Below, in pieces: positions 1-8,560 of a DNA stretch of 32,855 nt. The number at the start of each line of letters is the position of its first letter. Within the stretch, counting starts at the first letter, position 1. Source of the DNA: Candidatus Hermodarchaeota archaeon (lineage in GTDB: Archaea > Asgardarchaeota > Hermodarchaeia > Hermodarchaeales > Hermodarchaeaceae); NCBI GenBank assembly GCA_016840065.1, contig JAEOTB010000077.1, positions 1-32,855 of the forward strand, written 5' to 3'. A program made the translations under genes and the position numbers. The notes under the pieces are model-generated. The model was not told the origin of the DNA, searched no databases, and worked only from the letters and a program-made list of their open reading frames with translations.

Positions 1-116
1 ACAATCTCTGATCCCTTTAGGGGTACGATGGAATCACAATCTCGGATCTCAACATCCCCATCGATTCTTCCAATTTTGACTTGTTTTTCCTTTTCGAAGC
101 GTTGTTTTTCACCCAT
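1..116 (-). CDS. Bactofilin-like (polymer-forming cytoskeletal) protein, N-terminal fragment; runs off the window start
   Basis: Not in the ORF track. Manual translation from the ATG at 116: MGEKQRFEKEKQVKIGRIDGDVEIRDCDSIVPLKGSEI. This aligns with the N-terminus of 167..1042 (FKNEKWIQLGKVRGDVFIEDCDVLVPQKGKEIV). A GGTGA RBS lies just upstream. Confidence 0.8.
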   Translation of the reverse strand, partial: MGEKQRFEKEKQVKIGRIDGDVEIRDCDSIVPLKGSEI

Positions 117-166
117 TTTTTTCACCCATTTAATTTTCCTTTCAGTTTTCTTCTTACTTTTAGTTG

Positions 167-1042
167 TTACCATGAGCTTGAGCTAGCTGTGTGGATTCTC
201 GTGAAGTGACCGGCGTCGCTGACGCGTGGACAGTCGATTTGGCCTCCAACTCTGAGAATCCCGCCAACATGTATTTCCTCTCCAACGCGGAGGTCTCCAT
301 GGATTGAAGCGATACCGCCTACATCCAATCGTCTAGACAGTATTAGGGAACCCGAAACTTTGAGAACCCCACCGACTTCAATGGATTCACCGGCCGCATC
401 ACCTTCCAGTTTCACGCTGCCGCCGACATCAAGACTCTTGAATGTGATTTCACCAAGGCTCTTGAAAGTCCCTCCAACATTAATTGATATAATCTTTGAT
501 CCCTGACCGACAACTACTGTCCCACCAACATCCAAGTCACCAATCTCGACAGTGCCAGAAGCTTTGAAACTTCCTCCTACATCGACTCGTGAAATGATAC
601 CGTAGACACAAGAGGCAGAGCCGCCAACTGATAGTCTTTCAGCCCGGATTCTTCTTTCTATTTTTAGAGAACCGCCGCATTTGACGGTTTTACTGTCGAG
701 GTCTCCTCCAACATGTAAAGAACCGTCAATGTCAAAGTCGTGGGCCACTGCAGATCCAGTGACTTTCAGTCCTTTAGGGCCAGATGAGTGTCGATGTCGC
801 TCCTTCACTATGACTGAGCCATCTACTTTCAGGTCTCCTTGAATGATGACCTTATCATCTGATTTGATTCGTAGATGTTTACAGCTGAGCGAGCCTTCTA
901 TAATAAGGGAACCCTCAACAATCAGGGTGCCCTTTACGACGATTTCCTTTCCCTTTTGGGGAACGAGGACATCGCAGTCTTCGATGAAGACATCGCCGCG
1001 AACCTTACCCAGTTGAATCCATTTTTCATTTTTGAAGTGCAT
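167..1042 (-). CDS. Bactofilin-like beta-solenoid (polymer-forming cytoskeletal) protein
   Basis: 291 aa, rich in G/V/I, with a recurring xVGG(S/T/V/I) motif about every 16-18 residues (VGGSAS, VGGSFK, VGGTVV, VGGTFK, VGGSVK, VGGVLK, VGGIAS, VGGILR), typical of CcmA/bactofilin-type repeats. Confidence 0.75.
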   Translation of the reverse strand: MHFKNEKWIQLGKVRGDVFIEDCDVLVPQKGKEIVVKGTLIVEGSLIIEGSLSCKHLRIKSDDKVIIQGDLKVDGSVIVKERHRHSSGPKGLKVTGSAVAHDFDIDGSLHVGGDLDSKTVKCGGSLKIERRIRAERLSVGGSASCVYGIISRVDVGGSFKASGTVEIGDLDVGGTVVVGQGSKIISINVGGTFKSLGEITFKSLDVGGSVKLEGDAAGESIEVGGVLKVSGSLILSRRLDVGGIASIHGDLRVGEEIHVGGILRVGGQIDCPRVSDAGHFTRIHTASSSSW

Positions 1043-1117
1043 TTTTCATACCTTCTTTCGGTGCGCTTCAAGTGAATTTACTTCCCCGTCATTTAAAAGG
1101 CGGACTCACAAAATAGG

Positions 1118-1145
1118 GTCACAATTTGTGACTATCAAATAGTCA
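1118..1145. promoter_or_regulatory. Two overlapping inverted repeats; candidate transcription-factor operator upstream of the bactofilin-like genes
   Basis: GTCACAA-t-TTGTGAC (1118-1132) and TGACTAT-caa-ATAGTCA (1129-1145), just upstream of a minus-strand TTTTAAAT box (1091-1098). Confidence 0.45.
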
Positions 1146-1175
1146 TCGTTTCACTGTAAAATACTGATTTAGTTA

Positions 1176-1478
1176 TCAGAAGGGTGTAATTGGTTCTGGA
1201 ATTGGCATTCCTACAAGTCCAGCAATGCGCTTGTATAATTCAAGGTATTGATTTCCTCGAACCGTTACGCGGAACATTCGCTTACCATCCTCTTCGTCTT
1301 CTGCGAGAAGCCCACGTTCACACATAAATTCAATAACTTTCTTTGCCCGGTCCACAGGTAGATTGGTTGAACGGGCTGCGCGAGTGAGAGGACAGTATCC
1401 ATGAACAATAATTACTCGGATGAGCATGGCATAGATATCATAACGTGTACGTTTGAGCACCGCGTCTCCTCTGGGCAT
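1176..1478 (-). CDS. Archaeal winged helix-turn-helix DNA-binding protein
   Basis: 100 aa with the pattern KRTRYDIYAMLIR...LTRAARSTNL...ERGLL...FRVTVRG, typical of small archaeal wHTH regulators. Confidence 0.8.
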   Translation of the reverse strand: MPRGDAVLKRTRYDIYAMLIRVIIVHGYCPLTRAARSTNLPVDRAKKVIEFMCERGLLAEDEEDGKRMFRVTVRGNQYLELYKRIAGLVGMPIPEPITPF

Positions 1479-1596
1479 ATTGTTAACCTCTAAGGTAATT
1501 CATGTTTAGCCTACAAAAGGTATGGCATTGTGGAAATGTAATCTCTGTTATTATCAGCCGAGATATTAAATAGTCCTTCGTCAAGGGAGAAGGGTT

Positions 1597-2355
1597 GTGA
1601 TGTCAGCGAAAAACCGTGGGACACATTGCTTAATTCATTGGTTCTATACTATCATTCGTATCTGGTTAATGTTGATCCTAAGCGATGGTATGCGAGATAG
1701 GCTCTTCAAGGTGCTTAGGCGGCTTTTTGGCATCGAGTTGAGGGAGTGGTTCTATACAAAGCTGGACATTCCCGCATCGATGACGACTCAGGGAAGGTTC
1801 ACACATGAGAGGAAGGTAGTTTCGCTACTATTAAGCCTAAAAGGTGATGTTTTCATTGATGTTGGTGCTCATGTCGGATACTATCCCTTACTGCTTCGCT
1901 ATAATTTCTCAACGATACTAGCTGTTGAACCCCATCCCCAAACGTATACGCAGCTTAAACGAAACATTGCGAAAGAGGGAGCAGAAAATATACGGGTGCT
2001 CCGCGTAGCCGTTTCCAATAAGGAACAGGTCGGTGTTCCCCTCTATCTAGGAGAGTATTCATGGCTTCATTCCTTCAAAGAATTCCAGAACGGTGGGAAA
2101 TATGTGTTAGTTAATACAACAACCCTCACCAAGCTCATATCAAGGTTTCATTTGGTCGATTTAGTTAAGGTCGACGTGGAAGGGGCTGAATGGGAGGTCC
2201 TTGAGGGATCGGAACAAGCTTTGTCAAAAATTAAGAGTTGGTTAGTAGAGTTGCATGATATCAAGCGAAGAGAGGAACTTGAGCAGTGGTTTGGGAAACG
2301 AGGTTACAAGACTAGATGGATTGACGATTTACATATTTACGTATGGCGAGGATAG
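1597..2355 (+). CDS. FkbM family SAM-dependent methyltransferase (true start may be the ATG at 1690)
   Basis: Motifs FIDVGAHVGYY, AVEPHP, VKVDVEGAEWEVLEG and VELH. Confidence 0.85.
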   Translation: MMSAKNRGTHCLIHWFYTIIRIWLMLILSDGMRDRLFKVLRRLFGIELREWFYTKLDIPASMTTQGRFTHERKVVSLLLSLKGDVFIDVGAHVGYYPLLLRYNFSTILAVEPHPQTYTQLKRNIAKEGAENIRVLRVAVSNKEQVGVPLYLGEYSWLHSFKEFQNGGKYVLVNTTTLTKLISRFHLVDLVKVDVEGAEWEVLEGSEQALSKIKSWLVELHDIKRREELEQWFGKRGYKTRWIDDLHIYVWRG

Positions 2356-2497
2356 TGCCTGACCAGGTAGATGATTAAAAACTGACGGTAGCCTATAATA
2401 TAGAGGATAGTCTATAATCCTGCTAGAGGTCATTAGAATTACTGGTGTAACTGGAACATTTTGGGCTAGAACAGAACGTCTTCGCTGCATTAGAGAA

Positions 2498-2818
2498 ATG
2501 ACCCAGAAAGATTTACACCTGTTAGGTAAGGACATTGACCTGGGCAAGGTAGTAGTCAATCTTGTTTTTGGTGATTCAAAGGAGGCAGAAAGGGTTAGTA
2601 GAATCCTTGCCATAGTAATAGTGGACAGGTACTGCTATCTTTTCTGGGGGAAAACTGGGTCAATGAAGGGGGAAAACGCTTTCCAGGAGGTGAAGGCTAG
2701 CCTAAGAAAGTTATATCCAGCCTTGGAAGGTCTTACAATAATGACCCGTGGAAAACCGGGAGAGGTGTGGCCCAAACCTGTTAAAACAAAAGAGTCGCCG
2801 AGGTGGCGAAAGCAATGA
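2498..2818 (+). CDS. Hypothetical protein
   Basis: 106-aa ORF filling the gap between two plus-strand genes; no recognisable motif. Confidence 0.3.
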   Translation: MTQKDLHLLGKDIDLGKVVVNLVFGDSKEAERVSRILAIVIVDRYCYLFWGKTGSMKGENAFQEVKASLRKLYPALEGLTIMTRGKPGEVWPKPVKTKESPRWRKQ

Positions 2819-3978
2819 TTGTTGTAGCAACGAAGGAAGATTTTCAGGAACTGGTTCAAAGTGGTGAAACATTCAGAAGCAGCGTAGCAATCGTAGAGCC
2901 TGATGCTATTGTTGGAACCAATCCTTTGGGTGAGCCCGTAGCAGCCAGCCATAACGTCGCCTACATCTTGCGCGAGATTTCCAAGCAGAAATCTGTTATC
3001 TTCTCACTCTGGAATTCAGGTTATCAGTCGCTGAACGCTGTCACCCCATTTGCCCAGTTCCTTAGGTCATTTCAAGCAATCATTGTTGAAGGCGGACGTC
3101 CTTCCATATATGATTCTCAATCATTCAACCATAACCCTAGTCTTCCTCGAGAAGAATTCCTTAGCCTAGTAGACGCGCTGCTCCTTTCCCGAACGGCAGG
3201 TAGCGCTCCAGCTTTGTACATTTGTCTTGGGCACCAAGCTGTGGGTGAGGCGCTTATCCGTCTAATAAGACGCGCAATTACAGAGCTCAAGGGTGTAGAT
3301 AATCTACCTAAAATAACGCGTAACGCGTTTCACAAAGTCTCCACATATGTCCATCAACTCGGCGAACAAATCATAATACGCCGAGACGGTCACATTGTCG
3401 CAAATGGATATCGAGACACACGATTCGCTGTAGCTCCTAATGAGCAACGAGAAGTCGGAATAAGACGACTTCATCCCTATCAACCTCTTGAATACCTTCC
3501 AGAACCGTTACTTGAGGCTCATGACCAAACCGCAATCACAGAATCTGGAATCATTGAAGACCTTATCAGAATCGATGATTGGGACCTCGCGATGTTACAC
3601 TCCGACGAAGTCAACCAAGAAGCAATCCTCTTCGCCAATTGGGCACTAAACACCCTTCACACGGAACTTCAAAACCACAGAGACGACATAGCTAACTCAT
3701 CACTTGCTTGGCTTCTCAATCTCCCCTTCGGTGTTGAGGTTCTCTGCTCTACCTTCTTCCCAGACTCTACTCGACCTCTAACCGAAGTTGCAGCTACAGC
3801 GATCTACTACCAAGACCATAAAACCGGTCAAAAACACCGCGACTTCAGCCTCCAATTCCACCCTGAATTACTCGATGATTTACGCACCTTTCGCCCCCTA
3901 CCAACACCTCCTCCACCCCTCCTTGATAGCGATGGCACAAGGCTCCTCACCAGCCTACTAAAGCAAGAAACCGATTAG
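2803..3978 (+). CDS. Class I glutamine amidotransferase-like protein
   Basis: Oxyanion-type VEGG strand, nucleophile elbow YICLGHQ, and C-terminal SLQFHPE completing a Cys-His-Glu triad. Confidence 0.7.
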   Translation: MAKAMIVVATKEDFQELVQSGETFRSSVAIVEPDAIVGTNPLGEPVAASHNVAYILREISKQKSVIFSLWNSGYQSLNAVTPFAQFLRSFQAIIVEGGRPSIYDSQSFNHNPSLPREEFLSLVDALLLSRTAGSAPALYICLGHQAVGEALIRLIRRAITELKGVDNLPKITRNAFHKVSTYVHQLGEQIIIRRDGHIVANGYRDTRFAVAPNEQREVGIRRLHPYQPLEYLPEPLLEAHDQTAITESGIIEDLIRIDDWDLAMLHSDEVNQEAILFANWALNTLHTELQNHRDDIANSSLAWLLNLPFGVEVLCSTFFPDSTRPLTEVAATAIYYQDHKTGQKHRDFSLQFHPELLDDLRTFRPLPTPPPPLLDSDGTRLLTSLLKQETD

Positions 3979-3987
3979 ACCCAGAGG

Positions 3988-4452
3988 TTAGCCTGGTTCG
4001 TCATCGTTTTTAGGTCGAGGGATTTTCACTAGCTCCTGGGCAATCACAGACATTATCGCCCCTGCCCAAGCAATCCCCTGGAAGCGATTCAAGAACTCAA
4101 CTACGGTCAATGTACTGGCAATCCACATCTGAGCCAGATTCCAAATCAGAGCAAGCAGGCTCAAACCTGCCCCTAAACTCATCAGAAAAGCGCCTATGTT
4201 ATACCGGCGTAAGAGAATCAAAAGACATCCTAAAACGACAGTCCAACCCCCAAGCATCGCCAGAAAATTCAATCCCAACAGAACATAGACAAGAACCTCT
4301 ACAAGGACCCCCGACAAACCAAAATTCACGAGAATACCCGGAATCTCAAGGAGAAAACCAAGACTTCCCACGGTATTCGTCACAATCAAAATCAACGCAC
4401 TAACAAGACCCAAAACAATCGCAGCCACATTCCGCTTCAACAAACTGGCCAC
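3988..4452 (-). CDS. Membrane protein, about 4 TM, function unknown
   Basis: 154 aa made up mostly of hydrophobic segments. Confidence 0.75.
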   Translation of the reverse strand: MASLLKRNVAAIVLGLVSALILIVTNTVGSLGFLLEIPGILVNFGLSGVLVEVLVYVLLGLNFLAMLGGWTVVLGCLLILLRRYNIGAFLMSLGAGLSLLALIWNLAQMWIASTLTVVEFLNRFQGIAWAGAIMSVIAQELVKIPRPKNDDEPG

Positions 4453-4662
4453 CTACCCAAATACCTCTGAATGAATAACTAAGAATATCTAACAACTAGC
4501 TTTTATCACCTTTTACACCCCAGAAAAACTTGAAAACACTTAACCAGACACTAAAAAGCCGCCCAAGTACTTAGGCAAAAACCTTAAAGGAGTAACAGAG
4601 ACGGATAATGGAGAAGCTAATTCAAAAGCTTCACACTGAATAGAAAATTGAGGTAAAAAAAA

Positions 4663-5091
4663 TTGACCTTTACAACTGGTGAAATTGAAAAACTCCTCAA
4701 AGCACTTGAAATCAAGTACACAGTAAAGAGTGACCGCCTCATCAAATCAGGTTGGAGAACCGACCGATGGGAAGACCTACTCATCAACTTTGTAATCTCA
4801 AAGAACGCGAAGTGGCTAACAATCGTAGGCTACCCAATGGACCCCAAGTGCGGCGGCAAACCACTCAACCCCTTCAAGCGTGAAGGAATGACTGAAGCCA
4901 AGCGGTGCGAATTCTTCCAGAAACTCCTCTATGAGTCCTGGCTATACAATGGTTGCAAGTATACAATCGACGACGACAAGGACATTGCTATCGCAATCGA
5001 GACCGCTGACACCGACTTAACCACGGAAGAAATCCAGCGCTACATCAAGCAAGTGCTCCGCGCTTCGAACGAGATTGCTGACTGGCTCTAG
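4663..5091 (+). CDS. YbjN / type III secretion chaperone-like domain protein
   Basis: 142 aa with a GAGGT RBS. KLLYESWLYNGCKYTIDDDKDIAIAIE...DLTTEEIQRYI resembles the YbjN family pattern. Confidence 0.6.
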   Translation: MTFTTGEIEKLLKALEIKYTVKSDRLIKSGWRTDRWEDLLINFVISKNAKWLTIVGYPMDPKCGGKPLNPFKREGMTEAKRCEFFQKLLYESWLYNGCKYTIDDDKDIAIAIETADTDLTTEEIQRYIKQVLRASNEIADWL

Positions 5092-5171
5092 AGCTAGTTG
5101 GTTCTTGTTCTTGAGGAGTCGTTGGCAGGGCTTTGCAGAAGGCGTCTGCCCTTTTGTCCTGAGTACCTTCT

Positions 5172-5205
5172 GCCTGACCCTCGGTGGTCAGGCGTTTTCT
5201 TTTTT
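5172..5205 (+). terminator. Stem-loop followed by a T-tract, downstream of the YbjN-like gene
   Basis: GCCTGACC-ctcggt-GGTCAGGC (8-bp perfect stem) followed by gTTTTCTTTTTT. Confidence 0.55.
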
Positions 5206-5219
5206 ATACCTATAGATGT

Positions 5220-5495
5220 GGGTATTCACTCCGAAACGGGTAATACAAGGAGTTAAAATCGAGTTCGCCAAATAATCTAGTGTCGCCGCTAGTTGGGCGG
5301 AGACCCTAAACGCCTGTCTGAGGCGGGAGGTTACAACCCTAGCGAGGGTGGTGCCCGTCCATGATGCAGGAACCAAACACCAATACAGACCCTCTGTGTC
5401 TTATTTGGGTAAGTTTTGGACAACGGACAAATACAAACGGCAGTTTGTCCCTTCTGCCTGGCTCCCCTCGTGGGGGCTGGGCGGTTCTTATTTTT
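5220..5495 (+). ncRNA. Candidate structured non-coding RNA, family unassigned
   Basis: Intergenic, preceded by TTTTTATA (5201-5208), with six local hairpins, the last a GC-rich stem plus T-tract (5456-5499). No credible ORF. Confidence 0.3.
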
Positions 5496-5552
5496 TATTG
5501 CTAGAGAAGTAGTTTGGGGCAGGGTGTTGTTCAAGGAGGGCTGCCTTGTCTC

Positions 5553-6071
5553 CTATTGTGTTAGTGATAGAACGGAGAGGACGGTTTCGAGGTTGACTGT
5601 TGTGTTGTAGCATCCGTCGCGGGTGAGGAGGATGCCGACGGCTACGATGCCGTATTTTTCGAGAAGTAGAATTCCTAGGAGTGCTTCTTCTTCGCAGCTG
5701 ATGCCGATGACAGCCTTGGGCTGGGTCTTAGCGATGATATGTTTTAACATGCTGCCCCCAGGGAGGATGTAGCTGCTCTTGTACCCTAAACGCGTTGCTT
5801 CTTGGGAGAGCTTGTTTACTTGGCAATCAGGGCTACATTGTTGGCAGATATAGCCTTCTTCATTCTGTGGAGCCGGGCAATCGGGGTTGCGCAGGCATTG
5901 GGGGAGTAATAATATTCGTTCAGAAAAGGGTTTTGCGGCGAAAGCGCTGAGATTTCTGGAGTTGCGTTGCTGAATGTGTTTTCTGATTAATTCTTTCTCG
6001 CTGCACCCTGTTTCCTCAGCTTCACGTTTGATTTGGGCTAGGATTTCTACAGCGGAAGTCGTCATATACAT
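5553..6071 (-). CDS. DUF116 domain protein
   Basis: Cys pattern RILLLPQCLRxxxCPA...CQQCxxxC...ILPGGS...IGISC...LTRDGCYNT. Confidence 0.85.
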   Translation of the reverse strand: MYMTTSAVEILAQIKREAEETGCSEKELIRKHIQQRNSRNLSAFAAKPFSERILLLPQCLRNPDCPAPQNEEGYICQQCSPDCQVNKLSQEATRLGYKSSYILPGGSMLKHIIAKTQPKAVIGISCEEEALLGILLLEKYGIVAVGILLTRDGCYNTTVNLETVLSVLSLTQ

Positions 6072-6202
6072 CTCGATCCTAGAAGGAACGGGAATAGTAT
6101 TGTACGATTGAGTTTCTATAATAATAAAGTTTGGGTAAAGAGAACTAGTTGTTAGTGGTTGGAGGCGATTGATTTTTCCTTGTTGAAACAGGAGAGGAGT
6201 GT

Positions 6203-7129
6203 ATGAAATCGGAGCAGGTTGGCACTGCTTTCATTCTCGTCGGACTAATCGTGTATGGGGTTCATCCTGTTGTGGTAGAGGTTGGTGGGCTCTATCTATC
6301 GCCGCTGTTTTTTGCAGGAGTGACCACGACATTAGCGGGGTTGCTCGTAACGCCGCTGGCCCTCAATTCGCCCAAGTCTTCAAGTGATACTGTTAGGCGT
6401 GGTGATTATCTTCGGCTTATCCTTACAGGCTTCTTTGGGACCTTTGTAGCATTTACCTGTCTCTTTGTTGGTCTGCAATTTACGACTAGTAATAATGCAG
6501 CTATCATCCTTCGATCCGAGGTAGCTTTTGCGCTTCTTTTTGGATACTTCTTCCTGCGAGAGACCATCTCGTTGCGTCAGGCAGTTGTAATACTTCTGAC
6601 AATTTGTGGGGTACTACTTGTACTAGTATCTTCACAGGTCATCGTGCTGGGTTTGGGTGATTTATTGTTACTTGTCACACCTGCAGGTTGGGCTGCAGGT
6701 CACACCTTTGCGAAGCCAACACTAGCACGTGTCTCTCCCTGGGTTGTCGTAGCCTTCAGGAATCTAGTTGGTGGCGGACTGCTCCTACTAGTCACATTTC
6801 TCCTTGTGCTCCCATACAGCCCCCTTGTGTTAACCTCTAATCTATCTTCGATAATTGGAATTCTGATTATTGAGACTGTTGTGATTTCACTGGCGCACAA
6901 TCTCTGGTATCTGGGCATTCGAAGGATCAATCTAGGAAAAGCAACTACTTTGATTGCTCCTGCCCCGTTGGTCACTTTCCTCCTTTCCATTTTTGTGCTA
7001 CAAATTCTCCCCTCTCTATGGCAGATAGCTGGGGCAATCCTCGTTATATTCGCTACATTGCTCTTGAGTAGGGAACCTAGTCTAAAACGGCAGGATAAGG
7101 GAGGACCATCTTTTTCGGAGCACAGCTAA
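6203..7129 (+). CDS. DMT/EamA family transporter
   Basis: About 10 TM in two repeats; motifs GLQFTTSNNAAII, GDLLLL and WYLGIRRI. Confidence 0.9.
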   Translation: MKSEQVGTAFILVGLIVYGVHPVVVEVGGLYLSPLFFAGVTTTLAGLLVTPLALNSPKSSSDTVRRGDYLRLILTGFFGTFVAFTCLFVGLQFTTSNNAAIILRSEVAFALLFGYFFLRETISLRQAVVILLTICGVLLVLVSSQVIVLGLGDLLLLVTPAGWAAGHTFAKPTLARVSPWVVVAFRNLVGGGLLLLVTFLLVLPYSPLVLTSNLSSIIGILIIETVVISLAHNLWYLGIRRINLGKATTLIAPAPLVTFLLSIFVLQILPSLWQIAGAILVIFATLLLSREPSLKRQDKGGPSFSEHS

Positions 7130-7230
7130 GCTTTTATCTATTCTAATGAGTAGATGAGTAATAGTTCTCTCCGAGACTAGGTGCAAGGAGTTTGGAAGCA
7201 TCTAAGAGTTAGACAGGAGATAAGCAGCCA

Positions 7231-8367
7231 TTGTCCTTAGCGTTAATTGATGTGTATCGAGATATTGCGTTGGCAGCGCAGATAGCCGCGGTGTTGTTTG
7301 CTCTGCAGTTTTCTCTTATCATATTCAGCCAGTGGAGAAATCAGCGAGTTCGTCACTGGAAAGACATCCGATTGGGTTGGGGCACCTTCCTCCTAATGGC
7401 GGCAATTCATCTGATTTTCTTTACGATTGCAGATTTCTATACAGCTGGTCATGTTTTTCAACCGATACCACCAACATCGATGGAGCGAGAATTCTGGTTG
7501 AAACTAGGTTACTTCACACTTCAAATTGGGCTACTAATCCTCACGTTAGCTGTGAACCGAATACTCGCCAACCGAGTGTTCTATCTCATCAGTATTGTGA
7601 GCTTGGCCTCGGTTATACTATCAATAGTGCTATCACATGATATGCTACGAATTATAGCGTTTGCCGTCACTGCACCAGCCGTAGTTATTGAACTTTTAGC
7701 ATTCACTTATTTCACCATAAGAACGGTTAAGGGAAGAATGAGACGGTCAGTAGGAATGTTCTTCATTTCTTTCGTCTTTTTGATTGTTGGGTACATGTTC
7801 GAATCAGACTACTTTGTTGTAGATTTGATTGGACCTGTTTCCTACACAGTTGGAGCTCTCGTAATTGCAGCAGGCTGCATTATAATGGGAACAACTCTGC
7901 CTGAAATCACCGACTTTGACGAGTTTAATTGGTGGTTGGCGGTACGGGAGCTGTTCATGCTCACGAGGGATGGTGTGAGCTTAATGAGTATCGATTTCTC
8001 TGAGGGGCGTGCTAGCACCCTAGATACCGAATCATTGTTGACATCTAGCGGAATCACTGGAATCCGGACCGTATTGAAGAAGATTATTGGTACTGAGGAG
8101 GAGGTGCAGATTGTGGACCAAGGCACCATTAAGATGCTCTTCGCCTACTCAAAACATACTCTAGGGGTTCTTGTGGTTACTAAGCCTCTTGAAACCCTGA
8201 TTGAGAAATTAACAAGCTTTGTCACACGTTTTGAAGTGCTTTTCGCTGGAGTTCTTGAGGACTTCGATGGAAACATTTCCGTCTTTGCCCCAGCCCAGCG
8301 ACTAGCGCTAGCAGAGTTCAGCAGAACACAAGAAACCGCTCGCACAAAAATAGTGGGAACTCGATAA
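7231..8367 (+). CDS. Multi-pass (about 7 TM) membrane protein with a C-terminal longin/roadblock-like domain
   Basis: Hydrophobic N-terminal ~225 aa, then a soluble domain ELFMLTRDGVSL...SSGITGIRTVLKKI...IVDQGTIKMLF...KLTSFVTRFEVLF...FDGNISVF, a pattern I recognise from Asgard longin-like domains. Confidence 0.7.
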   Translation: MSLALIDVYRDIALAAQIAAVLFALQFSLIIFSQWRNQRVRHWKDIRLGWGTFLLMAAIHLIFFTIADFYTAGHVFQPIPPTSMEREFWLKLGYFTLQIGLLILTLAVNRILANRVFYLISIVSLASVILSIVLSHDMLRIIAFAVTAPAVVIELLAFTYFTIRTVKGRMRRSVGMFFISFVFLIVGYMFESDYFVVDLIGPVSYTVGALVIAAGCIIMGTTLPEITDFDEFNWWLAVRELFMLTRDGVSLMSIDFSEGRASTLDTESLLTSSGITGIRTVLKKIIGTEEEVQIVDQGTIKMLFAYSKHTLGVLVVTKPLETLIEKLTSFVTRFEVLFAGVLEDFDGNISVFAPAQRLALAEFSRTQETARTKIVGTR

Positions 8368-8419
8368 GAATAAGCGATCGCCGCCATCCTTCTTTACAGG
8401 CTGGCGGCTTTGTCTCCGA

Positions 8420-8560
8420 TTAGTGTCGACTTGTTATAATCGCAAAGGCCTGGCGGTGGTTTCGAGTTGGACGTGGGTTTCTGCATCCAGTGGTTGCTCG
8501 TTCACCTAGCTGCATTTGAGGAACCTTTGACCGCTTATTTTTAGTTATAATTTTTGCCAT
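8420..8560 (-). CDS. Small basic protein (46 aa), function unknown
   Basis: The ATG at 8560 is preceded by a strong SD (AAAGGAGGTGA); an upstream TTTATATA box lies near 8674-8681, and a GCCGCCA...TGGCGGC hairpin follows the stop. Confidence 0.5.
   Translation of the reverse strand: MAKIITKNKRSKVPQMQLGERATTGCRNPRPTRNHRQAFAIITSRH

Noticed and set aside
105-131. Direct repeat TTTTTCACCCATTT occurring twice
   Set aside because: Explained by the RBS (GGTGA) and the start codons (ATG GGT GAA) of the truncated bactofilin-like gene; no sign of a mobile-element end.
2329-2952. Minus-strand ORFs 2329..2613 and 2635..2952
   Set aside because: Overlap better-supported plus-strand genes and have no recognisable features.
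5220-5495. Assignment as SRP RNA, RNase P RNA, tRNA, or fluoride/TPP/Moco riboswitch
   Set aside because: Only short fragments resemble these (GAGTTCGCC, CTGAG, GGTAATAC); order and spacing do not fit any consensus. Kept as an unassigned candidate.
5188-5610. Short ORFs 5188..5376, 5331..5534 and 5416..5610
   Set aside because: Mutually overlapping, with no RBS or motif, and running across terminator-like hairpins.
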